A stretch of 63,999 nt of DNA, counting the filler, from Basidiobolus ranarum (lineage: Eukaryota): the NCBI GenBank assembly GCA_040143965.1. It is 14 parts of 14 records of this genome, joined end to end, with 100 filler letters (N's around TTAATTAATTAA, not from the genome) between each part and the next. Parts side by side here need not be neighbours in the genome. Positions count along the whole stretch, not along the records: positions 50,623 to 55,109 come from JASJQH010008821.1; positions 55,210 to 59,693 come from JASJQH010008822.1; positions 59,794 to 63,999 come from JASJQH010008945.1; 11 more parts are not named here. The stretch is one strand, 5' to 3'. How positions within the stretch are numbered: the stretch's first letter is position 1; each line of letters starts with the position of its first letter. The notes below the pieces were generated by a model, which saw nothing but the letters and a program-made list of their open reading frames with translations, was not told the origin of the DNA and did no database searches. Shown here one piece after another: positions 50,901 to 61,909 of the stretch. Both the position numbers and the translations under genes were made by a program.

Positions 50901-51276
50901 AAATGTCATTTGAATCTCCAGGAAACCACAAACATATTTAGCATTTTTCTTACATTAAATCAACGCCTCAAGTATAGTTTATCAGATATCATAGATCTAT
51001 CAACATATTCTGAATGTATGTGACCATATGGTTGTATATCCATCAAACCAAATCAAAAGACCATATTCATAGTGACTGATGCTAAAGAAACTACAACATT
51101 CTATTCTCTATTGATGTAATTGAACCAATATCTCAAATGTTGAAATTAGGACTCCATATGGAAATTTGAGCAATTCTGAAGTACCCACGTGAAATGCTTC
51201 CTTCTCATTAATCATGTAGTTGGTACACTAAGATGATATGGAGACATAATAAATGTTTGGCATTAGAGGTAGAATT

Positions 51277-51515
51277 TGTTGAAATTAGCATAGCCTAAAC
51301 ATCTATATTGTCATATATAGCTTAGTATTGAACTAAGATATCACCTCAAGAGGAATTTACTTGGAATACTTTGAGAACATGTTCTAGAAGCAAGCTTTGC
51401 ACATATGTTGCTGGGACCTTCCTTAACATATTCTACGCATTTGTTTGCTTACATCTTGACAAAGCTATAAATGTCAACTTTCTGCTCTATTAATCAATGT
51501 GAAAAGCACCAATTC
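51277..51515 (+). mobile_element. Degenerate Copia family A LTR
   Basis: Starts TGTTGAAATTAGCATAGCCTAAAC; aligns to 32836 with deletions. Confidence 0.8.
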
Positions 51516-53007
51516 TTTATTAAATACGCCATTGATTTGCCATGCACTAGCTGGCAAATATGTGACAGGTGTAGTAAATCAACTGAGTTGTAAGTTTAAG
51601 TATGATTGCCTCAGTTTGATGTTCATAATCCACAGTTTAATGTTTGTAATGCCATAAGCAAATTCACATTTTGTCGCCATATCTGGGTATTCTCTCTCGC
51701 ATATCCATTCAATTTAGTGTTATACAGTACGTTGTTGTGGTGACATGAGTGTTACCTGATCACTTTACCTGTTAATCACGTGTTAAGTAATGTACTTAGT
51801 ACATGCAAGTGAACGGAAAGATCCTGCTGTTGTAGCTCACAATGTCAAGGAACGGTGATTGTGTGTTAACTGGGTGGTGTCTAACTCTATGTTTAGAAGC
51901 TATTCTGAGCAGACATCTGAAGCAATAAGTTTCGGAATATTTGAAATGTGCAGTGGCTTTGATAGGCAAGAGTTATAGATAAGTAGTTGTTTCGGAATGA
52001 TCTCCCTTCTGCTGGTCTTATTTCCCCCCACCTATAAGTTTTACAATAATGCAACCCTTACCCTAACCCTAAAGGTATGTAAGTAATAAGCTTGTACGAG
52101 CCTAAGAAATCCGAGTAATACTATGGAACAACACACCTTGAAACCTGATCACTACAACCCTAACCTCTATATATATACATAACCCTATCCCTTCTGTGTC
52201 TATTCTGATTCCATCGGTCATTCACCTAGTGGAACATTTGTACAATAGATGTTTCATTTTGCACATGGAAGTGCTCTACGATGTAACAATGACATGATCT
52301 TTAGTAGATTTTTCTGTGAGTATGGACATGATGTAACCGCAAGTTGATTTGGCTGTGAATGAGGATAAATTGAAGTGAAGTCAACTCATCCAATCGAAAG
52401 ATCTCTCCCGAGGCTCACCCAGCACAAGTAACATTCATGTAAAATTCAACCCTAATGGCAATCACTCCAGATTCATAGAAACCACGTGTGCGGTGAGGAA
52501 TATTCTTTCTTGAAAACTAAAGACAAAGCAGGTAAAAACTGGAGCTGGAAATATAAATGCCTCACAATATCCCCAACTTTTTGGACTATCTCGTAATTGG
52601 TGTATTCTAGAATAGTCCATAAAAAAAAAGGCTGATTTGATTCTCTTTCTCAATCTCGTATTCACATGGGATATATTGATCTGATATGGAGGATGATAAG
52701 AAAGTTGATACCAGTAACGGTTTGGAGTAAAGCCCTTCTATCCATTGACTAGACAGAAACTATCATTGTTGTGGTCTATGCTGAGATTGTTATGGTCTAT
52801 GCTGGGATTGTTATGGTCTATGCTGAAGCAGGCAACGGCTTTATTATTAAATCAAAATATTAAAATACAATCATTATCGATAACTAGGGATGGCTTAAAT
52901 TGTTGGTTAAATACATATAGTGGTATAGTATCAAATGATCTGTGCATTGCCAATACAAGCGACATATGTAGGGTATGTGTTTCTATCAAGCGCATCTCCC
53001 TGCAGAG

Positions 53008-54186
53008 TTATGCTTTTGTCTGGTAAAAGTGATGTAGTTCGTACATTTTCTGCGGTAACACTTTATGAAGTGTATATGCTTCGGATAACGACCAGTATCG
53101 ATTGTAGTAAGTATGCCAATGTCGTTGGTTTCCAGAGCCTGGGGATAAATCCATCTCGTCAATGTATTCGTCAGGCAATCCAACAAAGCGCTCTAACAAG
53201 GGAGCATGTAGGAATTCACTCATTGGTGGCTTGAAAGCGGTGATTAGTTTTGCTGGCTTACTTTGAGATAGCTTGGTGACGCGCACTGGTGGGGGAAAGC
53301 TATATACAGGTTCGATTGTGTTCATCCAGCTTACATTGCCAATGGGTTGCATTAGCGCATCTATGGTGAGCGTATCCTCGACGGGGTTTCCTGTCAAATC
53401 CTCAATAATATCTTTGACATCACTCCTAAAAGGTAAGCAGCCGTCAAACCATTCAGGTTTATGCAGGCCAATACAGTCCGCTAATAACACATCCTCCGCC
53501 CCACGATTCACTGAACGGCGACATTCAGCAAGATGTGGACCCACAACATTCATGAGCCCTCTGCTCAAGATATATCCAGGCCCACCAAAGCAGGAATGTA
53601 CACGAGTGATAGGTCCAGAATCCATGTGACCCAGAAGCCGTATACTGTTTGGATTCTCTAGTGCCAATGCGCCTAATAACTCATCGACATTCACATAGGT
53701 ATCATCATCCACTTTCATGATCCAGTCATATTTCCCTTGCTGGTGAAGTTGTTCGAGAGCCAAGTAGGTTCGCTTATAGATATGTTCGTAGTCAGTTTCG
53801 GGGATATCTAACGTATGGAATCCGAATCTCTGTGCACCCACAGCGGAGGCAGCAAAATATACTGGTATTCCACGTTCTTCAGCCACTCTTCCCCAAGTAT
53901 TCATCACTGCATAGCCACGGCTCTTGAATGTTTTGCTTGAAGTGAGGACAAAGATTGCCAACTTGGGATCTGTGGGACGACTGTTCACTCCGCTCACTAC
54001 TCTAGAACTGTGTTGAGTGAAGTCTATCTTCCAGAACACAAATATGACCATTAGGAAAATCAATCCGACTACGGATTTACTGTTGCTTCTCAAGGATAGA
54101 ACACCACATTTACGTTTTCGCGTATGAGTAGTCGCTTCTGTGCCCTTGTGGTAAGGCAAAGCTGTATGTGTCCTGTCTGGAAACAT
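53008..54186 (-). CDS. GT31 (Fringe/C1GALT1-like) glycosyltransferase, type II membrane protein, 392 aa
   Basis: TM segment VVGLIFLMVIFVFW, TWG, DWIMKVDDDTYV, GGPGYILS, EDV; TATA-like run about 45 bp upstream of ATG 54186. Confidence 0.85.
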   Translation of the reverse strand: MFPDRTHTALPYHKGTEATTHTRKRKCGVLSLRSNSKSVVGLIFLMVIFVFWKIDFTQHSSRVVSGVNSRPTDPKLAIFVLTSSKTFKSRGYAVMNTWGRVAEERGIPVYFAASAVGAQRFGFHTLDIPETDYEHIYKRTYLALEQLHQQGKYDWIMKVDDDTYVNVDELLGALALENPNSIRLLGHMDSGPITRVHSCFGGPGYILSRGLMNVVGPHLAECRRSVNRGAEDVLLADCIGLHKPEWFDGCLPFRSDVKDIIEDLTGNPVEDTLTIDALMQPIGNVSWMNTIEPVYSFPPPVRVTKLSQSKPAKLITAFKPPMSEFLHAPLLERFVGLPDEYIDEMDLSPGSGNQRHWHTYYNRYWSLSEAYTLHKVLPQKMYELHHFYQTKA

Positions 54187-55209
54187 TGTGCCATATAGAA
54201 ACCACTCACCGAGATACTGAGGGCAAGGTATATATATACCAATGATTGGCCCAACGATAAAAGAAAGGAAGGAAGGAAGGAGGGAAAGAAGCCAGGATAA
54301 ATGAATAAGTTTGTTAAGTGGCCTCTCTAATTGGTCAATTAAATCACTAATTGGTCTAATATTATATATATATATATCGAACAATCCTATTTAGTCGCAA
54401 CATGGTGGTGTTTAGAATTCTATTTGTACAATTCATCCGTGAATACAAAATAAGTGCCACATTCCCTTTCTTCCTAAACAAGATAGAAGTTTAGAGTATG
54501 TAGATACTACATGTTACGCACCTAATCAATGTAGTAGCTATATGTTACGATCAATTATCCGTTGGTCCACACCCATTCAATGAGCTTATTCTGTTACGCA
54601 GACAAATATTGAATCCCATAATTTGCTTTCTTTTAAGCACCATCATACTTTCAACTCTTTGCTGATTCAACATCTTATACCAGGTTCTCCAGTTGTTCTC
54701 CATACCCATAATTGCCTGTTCATATAAAGATACTCACTTTACCCATGATATTATGTGATATTCCTGAAGCTATTTAATCAATATATGATAGCATGCTTCT
54801 TATTGTCCTTAAGTTGTATATTTGGCAGACTCCTGGATGAAGATTTATGCAAATTGTGATCCAACCACATGAATGAAAAAAATGCTTCAATTGGCTATGG
54901 GAAACCATCTTGTGAAGGTCAAAGCACTTTACAAAGAGAAGTGTCACATTTGGTGATTGCTGTAAAAGAACTTGCCATTCAAGCAAAGATTGCTTTAAAG
55001 CTGTTGGATAATTAATCTTTATTCAACATCATAGTTAACTTTAGTTATGATACATATATCAGAAACAGAAAGCAACATATCTATAGCCCCTATATTCTAA
55101 ATAGGAATANNNNNNNNNNNNNNNNNNNNNNNNNNNNNNNNNNNNNNNNNNNNTTAATTAATTAANNNNNNNNNNNNNNNNNNNNNNNNNNNNNNNNNNN
55201 NNNNNNNNN

Positions 55210-57888
55210 AGTCCCGTCTATGATACAGGAGTTCGCATTGGCGAGTTTTCCGCCTATCGAATCAGTGTTACGGTTCGCAATTCTAGTGGAGAGCCATTCC
55301 AGGAAATCATTAACAATATGACTCTTTGCGGACTCTTTTCAAATGCTCTTAGTTTTATAAACCCTATCGTGACGGATCTGTTGAAGCAATCACCGGTAGA
55401 CATACATTCATCACTTCCATTCGAATTGGCTTACTTGGTTGAATGCTTAATCAGCGCACAGAAATTAACGTTGTACAATCTGTCGGAGGAGTGGATTACG
55501 TTTATGAATAGTCTTGATGTAGCGATTGCCATACGCATACTGACGCGTATGATGCAGGTGAAATGTACGATCGAGGATCCTCTAACATATTCTCAACAAT
55601 TATTGCCGGAGCTAAGTAATATCGCAATTGACCTAGAGGAGACCTCAACCCAAAATATGTGGATCCGTCGTGCCCAGATTACTCCGAGTAAGATTTATCT
55701 TTTGCCACCAACATTAGAGTCTTCGAATCGTGTGTTGAGACAGTTTTGTCAATACCAACAGTACTTTATCCGAGTGACCTTTTCAGATGAGCATTTTGAG
55801 AAAGTAGGCCCAAATCGACATTTGTATCGAGCAGTATTTGATGACTTTAAAGAAATACTGACGACAGGGTTTCACCTTGGAAAACGTCACTACCGATTCC
55901 TGGCTTTCTCATCCACCCAGCTTCGCGAGCATGGTTGCTGGTTTTTTGCAGATACCCCTGAAGGCGTTGATGTGGAGAGTATTCGCAGTTGGATGGGTGA
56001 TTTCAGTGAGATTCATAACGTTGCTAAGCACACAGCGTGTATAGGCCAAGCCTTTTCCAGCACCTGGGCCGCAAAGACTCTCTCAAAGGAGAAGGTCATA
56101 GAAATACCTGATATTACACGTAATGGTCACATATATTCCAATGGAATTGGTAAAATTTCTATGTCATTAGCTACAGATATAGCCACCCATTATCACCAAA
56201 AGATAACTCCCGGTGCGTTTCAAATTCGCTTTGGTGGCCACAAAGGAGTTCTTGCGGTAGCGCCTGACGACGACATGAACGGAAGTCTCATTAACCTGCG
56301 CCCAAGTCAGAAAAAATTTAATTCCGATCATTGTGACCTAGAGATTGTCAAAATTGCTGAATTCATGCCGGCGTATCTGAATCGCCAGTTCATTACACTG
56401 TTAACCACTATGATGGTTTCCGATGACATGTTTGTACATATGCAAGAGGACTATTTACGGATGTTGGATAAAATCATGACTGATCAAGCATTGGCTTTGA
56501 GGTTCCTCGCCCTTCATTATCATTCCAGCTGGATAGGCAATACATTGCGGGAGATGATTATTGCTGGCTTTCTAAGGTTAGGAGACAATTTGACCAAGTC
56601 ACTTCTGGGTTTACTTAGGGCTCAAGCACTGAGAGACGTTCAACAACGGGCCAGAATACCGGTTTCCCTAGGTGCTCAACTGATCGGCGTTGTTGATGAA
56701 ACAAACACTCTGAAGGAAAATCAAATATTCGTTCGATACACTGATCCTCAGGATCCCAGTATTGTGAGAAATTATGTAGGTCCAGCATTGGTCACTAGAA
56801 ATCCATATCTTCATCCAGGGGATATACATATGGTTCAGGCTGTAGATTGTCCAAAGCTTCACTCGCTAGTAAATTGCATAGCATTTTCCACCAGCGGTGC
56901 CGAAAGTGTACCAAGTCAATGTGGAGGGGGCGACCTTGATGGTGATATCTATATGGTCATTTGGGACAAACGTTTGTTCCCATTCCAGAATAAGCGTTCA
57001 TTAAGTCGGGTTAAACAAGAGGGCCCATCAAAAGAGAAAATCACCACCAAGGATACTGTGGAATTTTTTATCAATTACATGGAAGTCGACAACCTGGGTG
57101 AGATTGCCAACGCACACTTAGCCTGGGCGGACCAGTCTGATAATTCCACTTTATCCGCCAAGTGCACAAAGCTAACTCTGCTTCATGCCGAATCGGTGAA
57201 TTTCATCAAAACTGGGATCCCAATCAAGTTAGATCCCTCAATATTCCCAAAAGTATGGCCTGATTTCATGCATAAGTTACCTAGAAAATCGTATCCATCT
57301 TCAAGAGCTCTGGGCAGAATGCACAGGAGTGACGCGTTGGAACACCAGATATGGGAGTACTCATTCATAGATTTCTCGGAAGAAATTCATTTTAATGAAA
57401 TAATGATGGTCCCAGGATACGAAGAGTTCCTGGTGGAAGCCAGACAGCTGAAACATGAATATGATATGATGATCAAGGATGTCATGAACCAGTACGAAAT
57501 CAAAACGGAGGCCGAAGTGATATCCGGGTATATTCAGGACTTTCCACCTATGGTCAACCGTCGAAAAGAGAGGTATATATTGAAAGAAACCCTGAGTAAT
57601 GTTGTCCAAGCGATATGGAGGGTATTTCGCGAGCGGTTCAATGACGGTACTTCAGTTGCCCCTGCTCATAAACTTGATGGCACAGCTTTAAGCCTCAAGA
57701 GAAAAGCCAGTGCATGGTATTACGTGACTTGCCATCCAAGCGAAATTTTACTACAAAAGGATCGACCAGTTTGCAGTACTGATGATAAGCGCATCCCATC
57801 AGCGAAGTCAATCCACCAGTCATTTCCCTGGATTGTTCATGACGTACTGCGGCAGATTTTGAAGGACGTCCCAGAATTATCAACGTGA
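55210..57888 (+). CDS. Eukaryotic RNAi RNA-dependent RNA polymerase, intronless, frame open to contig start
   Basis: SNRVLR, FLAFSSTQLREH, FQIRFGG.KG, LHPGDI, GGDLDGDIY.V.WD. Confidence 0.95.
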   Translation, partial: SPVYDTGVRIGEFSAYRISVTVRNSSGEPFQEIINNMTLCGLFSNALSFINPIVTDLLKQSPVDIHSSLPFELAYLVECLISAQKLTLYNLSEEWITFMNSLDVAIAIRILTRMMQVKCTIEDPLTYSQQLLPELSNIAIDLEETSTQNMWIRRAQITPSKIYLLPPTLESSNRVLRQFCQYQQYFIRVTFSDEHFEKVGPNRHLYRAVFDDFKEILTTGFHLGKRHYRFLAFSSTQLREHGCWFFADTPEGVDVESIRSWMGDFSEIHNVAKHTACIGQAFSSTWAAKTLSKEKVIEIPDITRNGHIYSNGIGKISMSLATDIATHYHQKITPGAFQIRFGGHKGVLAVAPDDDMNGSLINLRPSQKKFNSDHCDLEIVKIAEFMPAYLNRQFITLLTTMMVSDDMFVHMQEDYLRMLDKIMTDQALALRFLALHYHSSWIGNTLREMIIAGFLRLGDNLTKSLLGLLRAQALRDVQQRARIPVSLGAQLIGVVDETNTLKENQIFVRYTDPQDPSIVRNYVGPALVTRNPYLHPGDIHMVQAVDCPKLHSLVNCIAFSTSGAESVPSQCGGGDLDGDIYMVIWDKRLFPFQNKRSLSRVKQEGPSKEKITTKDTVEFFINYMEVDNLGEIANAHLAWADQSDNSTLSAKCTKLTLLHAESVNFIKTGIPIKLDPSIFPKVWPDFMHKLPRKSYPSSRALGRMHRSDALEHQIWEYSFIDFSEEIHFNEIMMVPGYEEFLVEARQLKHEYDMMIKDVMNQYEIKTEAEVISGYIQDFPPMVNRRKERYILKETLSNVVQAIWRVFRERFNDGTSVAPAHKLDGTALSLKRKASAWYYVTCHPSEILLQKDRPVCSTDDKRIPSAKSIHQSFPWIVHDVLRQILKDVPELST

Positions 57889-58440
57889 ATGACTTGCCTG
57901 GTGGAACATTGCGTACTATTGGTATGAATAATTTGGCAACCCATGCTTCCCTTAACCTTTAATGCGTCCATACCTAGTACCTTCCTTCAGTGAAGCGATG
58001 TACTTTAGTGGCAGTGCTATTTAGTCGATGTGTTGCAATTTGATCTGGATTTTAATCATTGGAATGTTTTAGTAATATTCAAAATTGTGGAAATACTCGA
58101 AGACTGTATGGTAGAATAGTAAAATACCATGAATATTCTACGTAGTATTTCTGAGTATGAATCAATTAAAGTATATGGCAAAATAATAAAATGCTATTAA
58201 CCTGCTAGATTGTGTTGATATCAGTCACTTGGGACAGTATCTTGGACATATTCGTCAAAAGCAATATCTCAACAAGAGGCTTGTTCTCACTTGTGCTCTA
58301 CCTATTAGATGTTCTTTACTTTCTATACTCGCTAGACTTAATTTGGCATTCTTAATCCGGGATTTTGCGTTTCATGTGCATATAGAAATGGCCTATTTCT
58401 CTCTTAGTTCTTTCCATTCAGTGCCTCTGTGAGCCGAGAC

Positions 58441-58961
58441 GGGGTATCTACAAAATCTAGCAACCATGCTTGCGAAGCTAGGTGGATGAGAAAGTCAAGA
58501 ATCGGTAGTGACGTTTTCCAAGGTGAAATCCTGTCTTCAGTATTTCCTCAAAGTCATCGAATACTGCTCGATATAAATGTTGATCTGTGCCGACTTTCTA
58601 AAAATGCTCATCTGAAAGGTCACTCGGATAAAGTACTGTTGGTATTGACAAACCTGTCTCAACACGCGGTTCAAAGACTCTAATGTTGTGGGTAAATGAT
58701 AAACCTTGCTCGTAATAATCCGAGCACGACGGATCCACATGTTTTGGGTTGAGGTCTCCTCTAGGTCAATTGTGATATTTCTTAGCACCGCCAATATTCG
58801 TTGAGAATATGTTGAAGGATCCTTAATCATGAATGTCGCCTGCATCATACGCGTCAGTAGGCGTGTGACAATCTCTACATCAAGACTATTCTTAAACGTA
58901 ATTCACTCCTCGGATAGATTGTACAATGTTAATCTCTGTGTGCTGATCAAGCACTCGACCA
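58441..58961 (-). pseudogene. Inverted partial copy of the RdRP (matches 55436-55958)
   Basis: IDLEETSTQNMWIRRA and NRVLRQ shared; W to TGA stop and a frameshift. Confidence 0.9.
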
Positions 58962-59319
58962 CTAGCGCTCTGCTTGCACTCCTGGTACTTATCATGGTGA
59001 TATCGTGCTGACCAGACTTCATGATAAGCGTGTACGTGCTTTACTCAGTGAAGAATTACCTGCGTATGATACGGTTTTTTAACATGTATCAATCTTTTGG
59101 TACTTTTTCTCTATTAGTATCTTTAAATCACTCAGGAACCAACGCAAGTGTAACGTTGATGTAGCAGATGACCATTTCTCGAATAAAGAAATTCCTTTTT
59201 GTCATTGACTATAGCTACCAAAGTCCCAATGTTATATTTGATTACATTATCTCCATCACGGTTTACAAGTTGGTCACAGTTTCAAGCTGTTATGGTCCCA
59301 GATTTAGATATTAGGGTTA

Positions 59320-59693
59320 TGTCTTCAACATAAAGACAAATTGTGTTACAGGCACTTTGTTCTTTTTTAACCTGGAGTAAAGCTTTGATTTCAGATAGTT
59401 TTGTATTGCTTTCTTCTCCTACAACAATGTCTTACAGTCCTTTCTGCAGCAGCATTTTCATTTTGATTTTCCAAACTTGATAATTGGTTCCATCCAATTT
59501 TTTGGAAGAAGGAAAAGTTCCGAAACTTGAAAAGTAGACATTGCAGAGAGTGCAAGCTCAGGACTTGTAACCTGTTAAAGTATTTGGTAGCCTGTTGGAA
59601 GTGGTTTGGAGAATTAGAGAAATTGGTGGTTTTGACTTATTGATTTATTGCATTTAACGTTGACATTTAAAGTTTTGTCAAGATGTAAGCAAA
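59320..59693 (-). mobile_element. Copia family A 5' fragment: partial LTR 59573-59693, PBS, gag from 59541
   Basis: KLDGTNYQVWKIKMKMLLQK; homologous to about 10650-11020. Confidence 0.85.
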
Positions 59694-59793
59694 NNNNNNN
59701 NNNNNNNNNNNNNNNNNNNNNNNNNNNNNNNNNNNNNTTAATTAATTAANNNNNNNNNNNNNNNNNNNNNNNNNNNNNNNNNNNNNNNNNNNN

Positions 59794-59976
59794 TGGCACA
59801 ATATCTCCAAAAAAATCATTGTGTCCGATTGTGGTGGGATAGTGCCATATTGTTCCTTATAGTGTCCAATTGAGTGTTATAGGACCCAGCCATGGTAATT
59901 GACAGATCGCGCCAGATGGTGTACTAGCAGGCTGGATTGAGCAGCATGATCTGACCTGGTCCAATGGAACAAGTCT
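59794..59976 (+). mobile_element. Right end of Harbinger-like element, second copy
   Basis: Ends TGGAACAAGTCT; matches 18447-18557. Confidence 0.75.
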
Positions 59977-60049
59977 ATATATAGTACCTATATACTAATA
60001 ATACTGAATATTAATAAACCTAACTAATACTATAGCTGCCATGGTTGGC

Positions 60050-61500
60050 AAATTATAACATTCTTACTCAACAGGAATGTGCAGTCTCCCCTGAGAACTT
60101 CTTGCTGAAATGCCAGTATTTGGGTGATAACTCATTTTCTTGCAGTGTGGCAACTTTGAGTTTGTGCAAGCAAATGGAGCAAGTGTTCAATGGCAATTCC
60201 TGGTAAATTATCTGCTTATATATCTGCCATGAGCATTCTTTTGTAACTTCAGTAGGTCCCATTAATAAAGTTTAAAACTTCTTGTTGTTTTTCTTGATAG
60301 AAGAAAGATTTCATGTGCAATTGGTGTGAGTTTACATTCTCATTGGTATGTGTCTGCATTTTTGTCATACTGGCCTCTACTCAGGCTTCTATAGTTTTTC
60401 TTTCCTCAGTAAGCTTCTCTCTTGATTTTGTGTGGCTACATTCATCTTCCACAAGGCAAGCAGTTTGCTTGCAGTGCATCTCCTGTAATTTATGCATGGT
60501 ATCCATACAATAAGGTGAAAGGGGACTTCCAGGTTTTGCTAAATACTTTGATACAACTGGCAAATATGGCTTGATCAGCTTACCTCTCCCCATGTGTGTT
60601 GCTCCACTGGTACACTTGGAAAGCGTCTTGCCAATGAGTTCCTCCAATCACTTGGCAACTCCATTAGTTCTTGGCAGAGAGGCAAAGGTTCTTTGCTGAC
60701 AACAAGTACTGCTTTTGCATCAGGCTACTTAGCTGCATGCATAATGGCAACAAAATTATACTGGTTGTTTCTTCTTGTTTGAGGTAGTCTTCTGATGAAG
60801 TTAAATCCCCATGACTCACATAATACTATTAGCTCCAAAGGGATTATTTCTGCCTGTTACTGATTGGCAGAGTTTTCAATTAATTCACAGAATCTCAAAG
60901 CCCTTAGGGACCTGAAGCACTAACTTCAATTGGTTGCAACAGGGCCAGTATGGTATTGCTAGTCATCAAAAATATGGAGGCAAATATCTTCTTGCACTAT
61001 GTATTTTTCCATATCTCAACAATCTTGTTGTGCTTCCTGCCCCATAGTTTTTGGCAATGTTGGGTGCTACAAAACCTGTGGTACTAGTGTGAGCCCATTA
61101 GAATCCTCAATGGCACTTATATCCTTTGGCTTTTTAATTCGTGACAAAGCATCTGCTGTTATATTGATTTTTGTAGAGTAATTTGTGATGTTGATCAAAA
61201 GTCAGATTGCCAGCACTAGTTTGCATCTGACTTCACTGCATTGTAAGTAGAAAAAATATTCCCTACAAGATTACTACAAAATCCTACTCAATTTGAAACC
61301 CTGCAGAGCTAAACCAAATGTGGATAGGTTATAGCCAGCACTTTGGTTGCTCATCATAGTACCAAATTTCAGCTTAAAAATACTCCCAATTGGAGCTTAG
61401 AAGCAACAAATACATGTTTATGGGTTATTGTGAGTGACAAATGGCCTACAGACTACTTTGTTATGAATCTGGAGCTAACCAAAGTGCAGAGATGAGAATT
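60050..61500 (-). mobile_element. Degenerate Ty3/Gypsy RNase H end and integrase
   Basis: NITADALSR, WGFNFIRRLPQTRRNNQYNFVAI..AAK*PDAKAV, PRTNGVAK; boundaries approximate. Confidence 0.65.
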
Positions 61501-61909
61501 TTGATGCAAAAGCAATTCTTGCATCTAATAAACAGGGCTTTATCCAGACAACACAATGAGTATCGTTGATAAAGTGTCAGAGAGAATTCTGGCTCAACCT
61601 TGAGACCAAATTGACCAAATAATTGGTCTTAATTAAGTCAGAGGATTGTTTAAGACCTAGCAGCTCATCATGAAGGAGAAAAATGCCAAAGAGCTGGTGA
61701 AACACAGCCAACAATGCAGTCTATTTTTACAATGCATTCTGCTACAGGCCACAGACTCTTGATCAAGCTTTGGAATGTAAAGATTTGGAATTATAGGAAA
61801 AAGCAATGGGTGATAAGTTTGTCTTCCTTCAGGACAATGAAATATAATGTCAAGTCTTCTAACATTAGGGGCAGTGCCAACAGATTTCATTTAGCACTAC
61901 AAAGTACCA

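Noticed and set aside
52053-52166. Telomeric CCCTAA repeats
   Set aside because: Only two or three imperfect units mid-contig, compatible with chance
52765-52826. 21-bp triple repeat giving an LLWSML peptide ORF
   Set aside because: Short tandem repeat downstream of GT31; no coding support
54187-54384. N-terminal 66 aa of the 458-aa ORF
   Set aside because: Starts at TTG and runs through TATA-like and low-complexity sequence; ATG 54186 gives a normal type II topology
55210-57888. Viral or endogenous viral RdRP
   Set aside because: DLDGD motif of cellular RNAi polymerases, not a viral GDD palm enzyme
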